Shown here one piece after another: positions 8,398 through 18,880 of a stretch of DNA of 20,828 nt. How positions within the stretch are numbered: position 1 is the stretch's first letter; each line of letters starts with the position of its first letter. The position numbers and the translations under genes were made by a program. The stretch lies in the NCBI RefSeq assembly GCF_004010195.1, contig NC_057718.1:71271790-71292617 (forward strand), given 5' to 3'. The DNA is from Chiloscyllium plagiosum. Its lineage: Eukaryota. The notes under the pieces are model-generated. The model was not told the origin of the DNA. It saw only the letters and a list, made by a program, of their open reading frames with translations, and did not search any database.

Positions 8398-9698
8398 GAC
8401 TGGAGGATTGATATAAAAGGAATTCCATTTGTATTCTTTGCAATTAGGGACCTACCTAATGCACAGCTAAATTCAGTCTATTTGAATTAGTTGTTGGATA
8501 TGAGATGAGAGAACCACTGAAATTAATTAGGGAGAAATTGGTGAGTCAGAGTTCAGAGACTACATTATTGGACTATGTCTCAAATTTTAGGGAGACATTA
8601 AATACAGTAGGTGACAGCATTTTGAAAGTAGCACAGCATATGAAGAAACAAGAAGCAGACAAGGAATCAAAAATTCATAATTTTGTTCAGAGAGATGAGC
8701 TCCCAGTGGTAGGTGAGCCTTTAAAAGCAAGGCTTAGTGGGGTTCAAAGCAAAAAAAAAAACGAAATTGTGTGAAATGAATTATTTGATAAGTATGCCAC
8801 ATAGGTGGAAAATTCAGTGTGCCATGTGGATATGCTCAAATGGTATTTTACGTGGGAAGGAAAGCAAAAGGAGAATAGGTTACCGATACAAGAGAGTGAA
8901 AAACCAAATCCAGATGATTCTGAATTTCACAGTCCTCAAATTAAATTGGACAATGAGGAACTTAATTTCTCCCAATTTCTGATATTTTCCAGTGGAAAAT
9001 TAAAATGACCTGAAAGATTTCCCCATACTGATGAAGATGGAAGTACAATGGTTCTTGGGACTAAGTGGTTTTTAGTAAAAAGTTGTACCACTGACTTCTG
9101 TTGAAGGGCAAAAAAAATTCAGTGGACAGGAGTGTCAAAAGACATGATAACCTGAAAGCTGTGTTGACCACAACTCCAGTGTTAGCAACACCTAATTACA
9201 CAAAGTTGTTTAAGGTGGTTGTTGATGCAAGTAATGTGCTGTATTCTTCCAAGTAGACAGTGAGTATATAGGAAGACCTATTGGGCATTTCTCCTGAAAA
9301 TTGAATATTATTCAAAACAAATATTCCACCATTGAGAAAGAGACTTTGAGTTTGGTGTTGCTGTTGCAATATTTGAACTTGTGTTGCCAGTAATGCATGA
9401 GATAACCTCTTAACATTTTTGAAAATAGTTTAAGGATAAAAATACCAAATAGTTTAGATAGAGTTTATTGTTCCAGTCGTTCAATTTGAACATTATACAT
9501 GGGTCAGGATGAGAGAACAAAACGCCGACACGGGGGTCACGACTTTTTTGACAAGGGAAGATGGAGGTATTCGGTAACAAGAAAATGGACCAAGATTAGT
9601 ATTAGAGGGGGAGAGGGGGAGAGAAGTAATGGCAGGAGTCTTTGAAATTGCAGCCAAATTTTGTATATTCATGGCTCCCTTTTTTTGAAGGAGGGAAG
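8398..9698 (+). mobile_element. pol: Gypsy pol remnant with Gmr1-like order: integrase C-terminus, RT C-terminus, RNase H, PPT
   Basis: Integrase C-terminus/GPY-F region: KGIPFVFFAIRDLPN..EPLKLIREKL..LLDYV..MNYLIS..VCHVDMLKWYF (8400-8850). Then FLGLSGF, LKAVLTTTPVLATPNYTKLFKVVVDAS and RPIGHFS*KLN..KYSTIEKETLSLV (RT end and RNase H, 9045-9545). PPT GAAGGAGGGAAG at 9687-9698. Confidence 0.85.
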
Positions 9699-10066
9699 TG
9701 TGACACCTTTGAGAGGGGTTTGTTCTGGACTGTTTCTCTTACAGAGGTGTTGCAACAGTGATGTAAAAATGTCTGCTTCAGAAGAAGTGGATAAAAAGCT
9801 TTGAACTCCGAGTCCTCAGATCTGTAGGTTAGGTGCTTTGGCCATGGGAATATGCAAGGTTACAGGAATAGTGTAGTGTAGGGAGGGTGGGATGCTCTTT
9901 GGAGGGTTGGTGTGGAATAGCCTTTTTCCACACTATGCGGATTCTATAATCTGAATGTTTTTTTAAATTAGACAAAAGAAGTATAAGTGGGTGAAGTCGG
10001 GCTCACACAGACCCGAGTTTTAGCTTTGCTTTTAGTTGGGATTTGAACTTGGCTGTGGAAGCTGAG
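9699..10066 (+). mobile_element. 3' LTR of the Gmr1-like element (partial, interrupted by a SINE)
   Basis: TGTGACA directly after the PPT. The right boundary is uncertain. Confidence 0.55.
9822..9948 (+). mobile_element. HE1-like SINE 3' fragment
   Basis: GGGTGGGATGCTCTTTGGAGGGTTGGTGTGG..TTCCACACTATGCGGATTCTATA tail. Confidence 0.8.
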
Positions 10067-10072
10067 ATACAG

Positions 10073-10390
10073 GCTGTGTAGTTAGCACTGCAGCCTCCCA
10101 GCACCAGGCACCAGGTTTGATTCAATCCTTGGGTGACTGTATGGAGTTTGCACATTCTTCCTGATTTGCGTAGATTTCCTCTGGGTGGTCTTGTGTCCTA
10201 CAGTCCAACGACGTGCAAATTAGGTGGATTGGCCATGCTAAACTGCCCATTGCGTCCAGGGAGATGTAGGTTAGTGGGTTATCCATTAGAAATGCAGGGT
10301 TTTGGGGTCTGGTTGTGAGGCTGTTCAGAGAGTTGGTGTGACCTAATGGGCCAAATGGCCTCCTTCCACACTGTAGGGATTCAATGATGA
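10073..10390 (+). mobile_element. HE1-like tRNA-derived V-SINE, near full length
   Basis: tRNA-like head (GTTAGCACTGCAGCCTCCCAGCACCAGG, B-box-like GGTTTGATTC at about 10114), GGAGTTTGCACATTCT core and CTGTAGGGATTC tail. Confidence 0.9.
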
Positions 10391-10479
10391 TACAGCTTTC
10401 TGTTACTGCAAAAGAGTGGAGTTCTCCCTCTGCCACTAGATTGTCTCAATTTTTTAAGAGGGTTGAGTCTGGCCCATAA

Positions 10480-11007
10480 TATTTTGCAAGCAATGTCCAG
10501 AGAAAGATGCAGTGATTTTTGACGAGTTTCTTTCTGAGCAGTTCTGTGATGGAGGACTCTGCTGTATGGATTGTTCCCAGGACACACACCAAGACAAACA
10601 TTGACTGCGCCTGGAGAACCATCAACTCAGTGAAAGATGCTCTTTGATCTGCCCAAAACCTTGGTCTTCTAGTGAAAAGCATTGAGCTTGATCTTGTCAT
10701 CTTGTAGATTGGCACATTCCTAAGTCCAGGACTATGTACTGAGGGATGCACTAAAGCCTAGGGCAGGTATTGCCAAAGCACAATGGGGAAAGACCATTTC
10801 TAAGGTCCTTCTGCAAAGTATATTTGCATACATTTGCCTCAATGTATGTAAAATGTCCTCAAGTAAGAAATGCCTTTCGTTTTTTTAGAAATGCAGGGGA
10901 TGACAAATTCCAATGCTTGTTTTTCTTGATATGCAAAGACTGTAAGAACTGCTTTAATACCTACAGGTGTAGATAAAGATTTTTTATGAATAAGTATATT
11001 TTTGTAA
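10480..11007 (+). mobile_element. Tx1/L1-group LINE 3' end (decayed)
   Basis: LYGLFPGxHTKTNIDCAWRTINSVKDAL*SAxN and CRLAHS*VQDYVLRDALK, then an AT-rich 3' UTR ending ATGAATAAGTATATTTTTG. Family call is from recall. Confidence 0.65.
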
Positions 11008-11015
11008 TTATTAAG

Positions 11016-11610
11016 TGCAGTTACCATTAAAATCACCATGCCCATCCTGAGGGTCATACTGACCATAAATTGAACTGAATCAACTGTACAAATACTATAG
11101 CTACAAGTGCTGATTAGAGGCTAGGAATTTGGCATTGAATAACTCACCTCCTGAACGCTGCAAGGCAAGTCCATTATATACTAGTAGCGTGATCAACTAC
11201 TTTCCACTTGGCTAGATGAATCCAGCTCCATCAATACTCCACTCTACATCATCCAGGACAAAGCAACAGTTGACTGACACCCTATCCACCCCCTCCACCA
11301 CTGATGTACATTGGCTGCAGCAGGTGCCACCTACAAGATTCACATCAGTAACTTATCTTCAGTGGCTCTTCTAAACCGCAACCTCTACCACATAGTATCG
11401 CAAAGACAGTGGATACTCTTGAGAGCACTCCCAGATTCCCTTCAAAGCAACACAGGTGTAAACCTGATGTGGATTTATAAATGAAGCTCATGTACAGTTG
11501 CTGGGTCAAATCCTGGAACTCTTCTTAACAACACAGTTGTTACCTCCAGTGGCCTGCAACAGTTAAAGAGCCAGCTCATCACCACCTTCTCACTGGCAAT
11601 AAACACAGGC
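11016..11610 (+). mobile_element. Family B LINE 3' fragment (old copy)
   Basis: Colinear homology to 3708-4410 (AACTCACCTCCTGA, CATCCAGGACAAAGCA, CACCACCTTCTC, GGCAATAAA). Confidence 0.75.
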
Positions 11611-11649
11611 CAAACTGAAGCAGTTCAAATGCAGCTAGATCTAAACAGT

Positions 11650-12250
11650 TTCTGGATCAGTGGTGCTGGAAGAGCACAGCAATTCAGGCAGCATCCGAGG
11701 ACAGGCAAAATCGACGTTTTGGGCAAAAGCTCTTCATCAGGAATAAAGGCAGAGAGCCTGAAGCGTGGAGAGATAAGCTAGAGGAGGGTGGGGGTGGGGA
11801 GAGAGTGGCATAGAGTACAATAGGTCAGGAGACGAAGGTGATAGGTCAGGGAGGAGAGGGTGGAGTGGATAGGTGGAAAAGGAGCTGGGCAGGTCGGACA
11901 AGTCCGGACAGGTCAGGGGATCGAGTTGCTGGAGGTTAGAATTTGGTTGATTGGTGTGGGTGTCTCGGAGATGTTCCCTAAAGCGCTCTGCTAGGAGCCG
12001 CCCAGTCTCCCCATTGTAGAGGAGACCGCATCGGGAGCAACGGATACAATAAATGATATTGGAGGATGTGCAGGTAACACTTTGATGGATGTGGAAAGCT
12101 CCTTTGGGGCCTTGGATAGAGGTGAGGGAGGAGGTGTGGGCGCAGGTTTTACAGTTCCTGCGGTGGCAGGGGAAAGTGCCAGGATGGGAGGGTGGGTCGT
12201 AGGGGGGGCGTGGACCTGACCAGGTAGTCACGGAGGGAACGGTCTTTGCG
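11650..12250 (-). mobile_element. 5'-truncated PLE: Cys linker, GIY-YIG, hammerhead terminus; 12-bp TSD
   Basis: PGTFPCHRRNCKTCAH..TCTSSNIIYCIRCSRCGLLYNGETGRLLAERFREHLRD. TSD GATCTAAACAGT (11638-11649) and GATCTGAACAGT (12251-12262). Internal deletion near 11940. Confidence 0.92.
11709..11744 (-). ncRNA. Minimal type I hammerhead motif (G12>A, helix II mismatch)
   Basis: Reverse complement ATTC-CTGATGA-A-GAGC-TTTT-GCCC-AAAA-CGTC-GATT. Confidence 0.75.
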
Positions 12251-13629
12251 GATCTGAACAGTATCCGTCTTGGGTTGACAAGTGACATATAACATTCATG
12301 CCACACACAAATGCCAGGCAATGACCATCTCCAGTAAGAGTCAATCTAACCAACACGTGTTGACATTTGATGGTGTTGCCCTCATTGAATCCCCCACTAT
12401 CAACATCCTTGGGGTTACCATTAACCAGAATCTCAAATGGACTGGCCACATAACAGTGCCTCCAAGAGCAGGTCAAAGGCTAGAAATACTGTGGCAAGTA
12501 ACTCACAAAGCCTGTTCATCAAAGCACAATCAGGGGTGTAGTGGAATACTCCCACATACCTGGAAGAGTACAGCTCCAACAACACTCAAGAAAGTTGACA
12601 CCGTCCAGGACAAAGCAACCTATTTGATTGGCATCACTTCCACAAACATCCACTACCAATGGTCAGTTGCTGTAGTGGCTGTTACCTGCAAGATGTACTG
12701 CCGAAAGTCACCAAAGATCCTAATCAAAGATTCACCAAAGTACCTTCCAACAAATGACCACTTCCATGGGAACGACCATCTGCGCATTTCCCTACAAGCC
12801 ATTCACCATACTTTCTTGGAAATATATCACTATTCCTTCACTGTCACTGGGTCAAATCTGGAATTCCCTCCCTGCAGCTAAAGAAGACAGCTCAGCACTA
12901 CCTTCTCAGGGGCAACTAGGGATGGGCAATAAATGCTCACCAACCAGCGATGCCCAAGTTCCACAAGTGAACAAAAAAAAAGTCAATATGCAAATGGACA
13001 AAAAATTTCCTTGAAGGTCCTCAAGTTCACAACTGTACATTGAATACCTAATCCAGTAATGAAATGGTTGTTTTAAAAAGCGCTGACACACATTTCTTCT
13101 GGTATTCAACCAGAATTCCCACTCCCAACACATTTAATACTAAGTCTATAAATTCAAAAGTGAGTTCAAAGTTGTCATGCCTCACTGGGTTAGCACACTG
13201 AAAATCAAGAGCCATTATTCCCAGAGTACCCACAAAAGTTAAAAATGTTAAACAAGTTCTGGCTGCAAAATTCCCATTTACCTGATCTTCAGACTCTGAA
13301 AAGATTTCTGTACTTAAAACCCACTATTTATTACAAATAATTATGCTGTCATTAAAGGTGAACAATTATGAACCATTAGCATGTAATTCCACTTGTTAAT
13401 AGTGTTATAAACACCCCCAGTCACGCACAGAGATAAATGAGGGAAAACTGGGAAAGCAATTCAATGATCTCTGATACAGGGTATGTTGAGATGGTTCTTG
13501 TGGTCAGAATACTGCTTTTCGGACTTCTTTCTCCAAGGATATTTTCACAGGTTTTCAGGAGGCACAGAAGCTGGTTCACACATTTATAAAATCTCTTACT
13601 TGTAAATTAAAATGTCACAGCTGACAGCA

Positions 13630-16600
13630 CTCAGTGCAGCTGCAGAATGTTCTCAACAGGGACGGTGAGCAGCCACAAGTCATTGTACATGAGGGCAAAA
13701 TGATGTAAGTAATAATAAAGATGAGGACTTTATTAGAGTGCTAGGAAAAAAAGTTTAAAAACTAGTCGGTGATAATCTCTGGATCACTTCCAGTGCCATA
13801 TACTAATGGGAATAAGAAAAGAAGACATGGCAGATGAATGCATGGCTAAAGAATTAGTGTATGGGCAGGGATTCAGATTTTTAGATCATTGGGATCTTTT
13901 CTGAGGCAAAGGTGACCTGTTCAAGATGGACGGGTTGCACCTGAACTGGAGGGGGACCAATATCTTCATGGCCAGATTTGCTAGTGCGACAAGGATTAGA
14001 TTAGATAAACTAGATTGGCAGGAAGGTGGGAGCGTCAACAGCAGGGAGGAAAGAGAGGGGCTAGAAGGAGATATAGTAATCCGAAATAATAAGTTAAAGA
14101 GACAGATCAGGCTGGAACACAACAGGGAGCAAGGAATGTCCATTGGATTAAATTGTATCTATTTCAATACAAAAGGGCTGACAGGTAAAGTCAATGAACT
14201 CAGGATGTTGATAGGTATGTGGAACTGGGAATATTATAGCCATTACAGAAACAGGGCTAAGGGAGGGATAGGATCTGCCAGGTTATAGATGCTTTATGTG
14301 GCACAGAGGTGGAGGAAAGAGGGCCGGTGGGGGAATGGCATTTTTGATTAAGGGAAGTATCACAGCAGTAATCAGATTAAATAATTGAGGAATCATCCAG
14401 TGAGGCTTTGTGGGTGGAGCTAAGAAGTAAGCAGGGGATGGTGATGTTATTGTACTATAGGCCCTGAAATAGTCAGCAGGAATTAGAGGAACAAATATGC
14501 AGGAGATTAAGGAGACTTACAAGAGTAATACAGTTGTCACATAGATTGGGACTGCCATAGCATTAAGGGCTTGGATGGGATGGAATTTGTTAAGTTTGTT
14601 CAGGAATGTTTTCTCAAGCAGTATATAGAGGTTCCTACTTGGGAAGGGGCAAAACTTGACCTACTCTTGGGAAATAGAACAGGACAGGTGACAGTGGGGG
14701 AGCACTTGGGACCAATGACCATCATTCTATTAATTTTAAAATAGTTATGGAGAGGGACAAAACTGGCCCATAGGTTCAAGTTCCAAATTGGGGCAAGGTG
14801 AATTTTGATGGAATTAACAGGAGCTTGCAGAGGTTGATTAGAGTAGTTTGTTTGCAGGCAAAGGGACCTCCGGCATGTGGAAGGCCTTTAAAAAAGTGAG
14901 ATTGCTAGAGTTCAAGGTCTATATGTTCCTGGGAGTTGGCAGGAATATAGGGAACCTTGCATGACAAGAGATATTGAGGATTTGACCAGAAACAAAAGGA
15001 AGCATGGTTCAGGTACAGGCAGCAGAGATCAAGGGAATCCCTGGAGGTATATAGGAGATACAAGAGCTTACCGAAAAAGGAAATAAAGAGCACAAAAAGG
15101 GAGCACAAGACAGCTTTGGCTGAGAAGATTTGGGTGAATCCAGAGAGAATCCTTAAGTATATTAAAAGGAAAAATAACAACTAGTGACAGAATAGGACTG
15201 CTCAAGGTCCAAAGTGGACATGTTTGTGTGGAACCACAGGAGATGAGTGAGCTCCTCAAAGAATATTTCTCCTCTGTTTACCGTGGAGAAAGACATGGAT
15301 ATTTGGGAACTTCGGGAAGTTAGTGATGATATCTTGGGGGCAGTCCCTATCACTGCACAGGAGGTGTTAGACATATTAGAACATATTAAGCTGAATAAAT
15401 CTCCTGTCATGACCAGGTATATCCAAGAACGCTGCAAGAGGCTAGAGAAGAAATTGCAGGGGCCTGACTGATGTATTTGCATCATCATTAGCCATGGGTG
15501 AGGTTCCGGAAGACTGGAGAGTTGCGAAATTTGTGCACCTGTAAACCTCACATCTGTGGTAGGTAATTTACTTGAAGATTCTGAGAGATAAGATATACAT
15601 GCATTTAGAAAGACAGGGTTTGATTAGGAGTAGTCAGCATGGCTTTGTGCAAGGGAGATCATGCCTCACAAATTTGTTAGAGTTCTTTGATAAGGTGACC
15701 AGGATGGTTGATGAGGCAGGGTGGTAGATGTAGTCTATATGGATTTCAATAAAGCCTTTGATAAGGTTCCACATGGTAGGCTACTCTGGAAAGTGAGACC
15801 ACATGGAATCCAGGGAGACCTAGCAAATTGGATAGACAATTGGCTTGATGGTAGGAAGCAGAGAGAAATAGTGGAAGATGCTTGTCAAACTAGAGGCCTG
15901 TGACCAGTGGTATGCCTCAGGAGTCAGTGCTGGGCCCATTGCTGTTTATTAACTCAATCAATGATTTGGATAAGAATGTACAAGGCATGATTAGTAAGTT
16001 TGCAGATGACACTAAAATAGGCGGTATCGTGGACAGTGTGGAAAGTTGTGAGAAATTTCAACAGGACCATGACTATTTGGGGAACTGGGTCAAGAAATTG
16101 AAAATGGATTGTCATATAACGGAGTGTGAATTATTGCATTTTGGAAAGGTCAAATCAAGGTAGGAGTTTCATAGTGATTGGTAGAGCCTTAATGAGTAGT
16201 GGAACACAGTGACCTTGGGGTCAGGTGTCCGGTTCTCTGAAAGTGGAGTCACAGGTAGATATGGCAGTGAAGAAGGCTTTTGGTACACTGGCCTTCAGTC
16301 AGGGCACTGAGTATAGAAGTTAGGAAGTTATGTTGCAGTTATATAGGATGTTGGTGAGGCTGCACTTGGAGTATTGTGTTCAGTTTTGGTCACCTTGCTT
16401 TAGGAAGGTGCTAAAGAGATTTACAAGGATGTTACCAGGACTCAATTGTCTAAGTTATAGGGAGAGGCTTGACAAGCTGGGACCTTTTTCTTTAGCGTGT
16501 TGGAGACTGAGGGGTCCAAGATGATGAGAAGCATGAACAGGTTAAATGCAATGATTAACACTGCTACCTCAAAGCACTAGGGACCTGGATCAATTTCAAG

Positions 16601-17128
16601 GTCGGGTAGCTGTCTATGTAGGCTTTGCACATTCTCTCCATGTCTGCATTGGTTTCTTCCGGCTGCTCCGATTTCCTCCCACAATCCAAAGATGTGCAGT
16701 TAGGTTTTGGCTGTGCTAAAAAGCCCATAGTGTTCAGGGATATGGAGGTTAGGTGCATTAGTCAGGGGTATATTTAGGATAAAGGGGGAATGGTGGGTTG
16801 CTCTTCGGAGGTTGGTGTGGACTTGGTGGGCCAAAGGGCCTGTTTCCCACTGTAGGGATTCCATGGATTCTATGAATCAATAATGGGAACCTGAGGGCAA
16901 CTTTTTTTTTCACACAGAGGGTGGTATGCATAAGGAAGGAGTGGTCAGCGAAAGCTTTTGAGGTAGGTTCATTAACATTTAAAAGGAATTTGAACAAAGA
17001 CATGGATAGGAAATGTTTAGAAGGATATGGGCCAAGTTCACGGAAATGCAGTACATGTGGATGGACATATTTGTCGGCGTGGACCAATTTGGGCCAAAGG
17101 GCCTGTCTCTGTGCTGTCAGACTCTTTA
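13630..17128 (+). mobile_element. Long decayed CR1 LINE: ORF1 SGNH esterase C-half, ORF2 endonuclease and RT, 3' tail
   Basis: ORF1: GEQPQVIVH..ND and DGLHLNWRGTNIF. ORF2: LNCIYFNTKGL, VDVVYMDFNKAFDKVPH, SGMPQESVLGPLLF, ISKFADDTKIGG, LVRLHLEYCVQFWSP, FFTQRVV. Many stops and frameshifts. Confidence 0.95.
16553..16877 (+). mobile_element. HE1-like SINE nested in CR1
   Basis: tRNA-like head remnant, TTCCTCCCACAATCCAAAGATGTGCAG core, GGATTCTATGA tail. Confidence 0.9.
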
Positions 17129-17575
17129 TAAAAAAAATTACTGATGGAAAAAAATAACCTAGTTTTCTTCAAGCTTAAAGTGGCTTTTACTGCAGAGAAC
17201 AAGGAGGGACAGCTCCGGAGATGGTGAAGATCTGAAAGCTTCCCAATATCCTCTTCACAGCTTCAAGCTGTTCAGCCAACTGAGAACCAATCACATAACT
17301 GTTGCCTGGCAGAAAGCCTTTGTCTTCGACAACTGGACTACAGAACAATCAACCACAGGTCATCAACCAAAGCTCCACTGAGGCACAACTCTTGTTCTGG
17401 AACTAGTTTGTACTGTACATCCAGAACGAGCAACTGTGTCAATAGTGTTTACAATGAGTGTCAGATCACTTGCTTTCAAATCATGTCACAATTCTATGAC
17501 AAACCTTGGTTTTAAAATAATTACTTTCTCAAACATGAACAGACATTATGGAGAAACTGGCAGCATCTGTGAGAG

Positions 17576-17713
17576 AAGTTAAAAATCACAACACCAGGTT
17601 ATAGTCCAACAGGTTTAAAGCTAGTGTGCTTCCAATTAAACCTGTTGGACTATAATCTGGTGTTGTGATTTTTAACTTTGTACACCCCAGTCCAACACCG
17701 GCATCTCCAAATC
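17576..17713. mobile_element. Short hairpin element, probably the inverted terminus of a second PLE family
   Basis: 43-bp arms at 17576-17618 and 17636-17678 with one mismatch and a 17-nt spacer. Flanked by TGAGAGAA at 17570-17577 and 17714-17721. Confidence 0.7.
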
Positions 17714-17715
17714 TG

Positions 17716-18480
17716 AGAGAACATAGAACAATACAGCACAGAACAGGCCCTTCGGCCCACGATGTTGTGCCGAACACGTGTACCTATCCATGTACCTATC
17801 CAATTGTCACTTAAAGGTCACCAATGATTCTGACTCTGCCACTCCCACAGGCAGCACATTCCATGCCCCCACCACTCAGGGGTAGGTAAAGAACCTACCC
17901 CTGACATCCCCCCCATACCTTCCACCTTAAATTTACACTCTGTTGTACCCGGGGAAAAAGTCTCTGACTGTCTACTCTATCTATTTCCCTGATCATTTTA
18001 TAAACCTCTATCAAGTCACCCCTCATCCTTCGCCGTTCCAATGAGAAAAGGCCTAGCACTCTCAACCTACCCTCGTATGACCTATTCTCCATTCCAGGCA
18101 ACATCCTGGTAAATCTCCTCTGCACCCTCTCCAAAGCTTCCACACCTTCCCTAAAATGAGGCGACCAGAACTGCACACAGTACTCCAAATGTGGCCTTAC
18201 CAAGGTCCTGTACAGCTGCAACATCACTTCACGACTCTTGAATTCAATCCCTCTGCTAATGAATGCTAATACACCATAGGCCTTCTTACAAGCTCTATCC
18301 ACCTAAGTGGCAATTTTCAAAGATCTATGAACATAGACCCCAAGATCCCTCTGCTCCTCCACCTTACTAAGAACCCTACCGTTAATCCTGTATTCCGCAT
18401 TCTTATTTGTCCTTCCAAAATGGACAACCTCACACTTGACAGGGTTGAACTTCATCTGCCACTCCTCAGCCCAGCTCTGC
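17716..18480 (-). mobile_element. Relatively young 5'-truncated CR1 LINE
   Basis: LQSWAEEWQMKFNPVKCEVVHFG..QRDLGV..LYRTLVRPHLEYCVQFWSPH..GDLIEVYKMI with a single stop. TGTTCTATGTTCT tail. AGAGAA at 17716-17721 and 18481-18486. Confidence 0.95.
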
Positions 18481-18490
18481 AGAGAAAGCA

Positions 18491-18530
18491 GAGTCAACGT
18501 TTCTAATCCAGTGACCCTTCTTCAGAACTC
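18491..18530 (-). ncRNA. Hammerhead motif of a variant PLE terminus (element halves at about 17550-17577 and 18481-18540)
   Basis: Reverse complement GAGTT-CTGAAGA-A-GGGTC-ACTG-GATTA-GAAA-CGTT-GACTC. Both core boxes intact, 5-bp helix I with one G-U pair, decayed helix II. Confidence 0.7.
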
Positions 18531-18663
18531 AGTTCTTTTCAGTCCACAATGAAAAATAACCACAATGACCTTTACAAAGTGCTGGAGTAACAGATTATAT
18601 TCTAATAAGACTTAATCTTTACTTTTTCCTTGATCTGTATTTCAGAATGCCAAACTTCATCAC

Positions 18664-18789
18664 GCGAAAGCGAGTACTGCAAATGCTGGAGATTAGAGTC
18701 GAGTGTGGTGCTGGAAAAGCATAGCAGGTCCGACAGCCTCAGAGAGCAGGAAAATCGACGTTTCCGGCAAAATCCCTTCAACAGATTCA
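18664..18789 (-). mobile_element. About 126-bp solo hammerhead/terminal element with an 8-bp TSD
   Basis: Reverse complement CTGTTGA-A-GGGATTTTGCCG-GAAA-CGTC-GATT plus the shared tail. TTCATCAC at 18656-18663 and 18790-18797. Confidence 0.8.
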
Positions 18790-18865
18790 TTCATCACTCT
18801 CCAGGAAAATACACTAGAAGTGAATGCCTGACAATATTCCTTAATTGCCAAGAGTTTAACAGTTT

Positions 18866-18880
18866 GGGGGGGGGGGGGGG
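18866..18880. repeat. Poly-G (15 nt)
   Basis: Read directly. Confidence 0.95.

Larger units (their letters stand above)
11612..12985 (+). mobile_element. Family B LINE (RT C-terminus to 3' end), interrupted by the PLE at 11650-12250
   Basis: QMQLDLN|..HKCQAMTISSK..ESPTINILGVTINQNLKWTGHI..TLKKVDTVQDKA. Ends GGGCAATAAATGC..AAAAAAAA. Confidence 0.82.

Noticed and set aside
9028..9045. CTGATGAAG as another hammerhead
   Set aside because: No helix II, GAAA or ACGT follows. It lies in Gypsy pol coding sequence.
13275..13310. Possible 14-nt minus-strand microexon (TTTTCAG..CAG|GTAAAT)
   Set aside because: Splice-like motifs alone are insufficient, the length is not a multiple of 3, and no partner exons are visible.
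13926..14288. Apparent in-frame ORF1-ORF2 fusion in CR1
   Set aside because: The copy is heavily mutated and a local GATTA duplication near 13994-14005 can shift the frame past the ORF1 stop.
17130..17495. Possible solo LTR or exon
   Set aside because: Only a TGTCACA end and weak splice-like motifs, with no PBS, PPT, TSD or convincing ORF.
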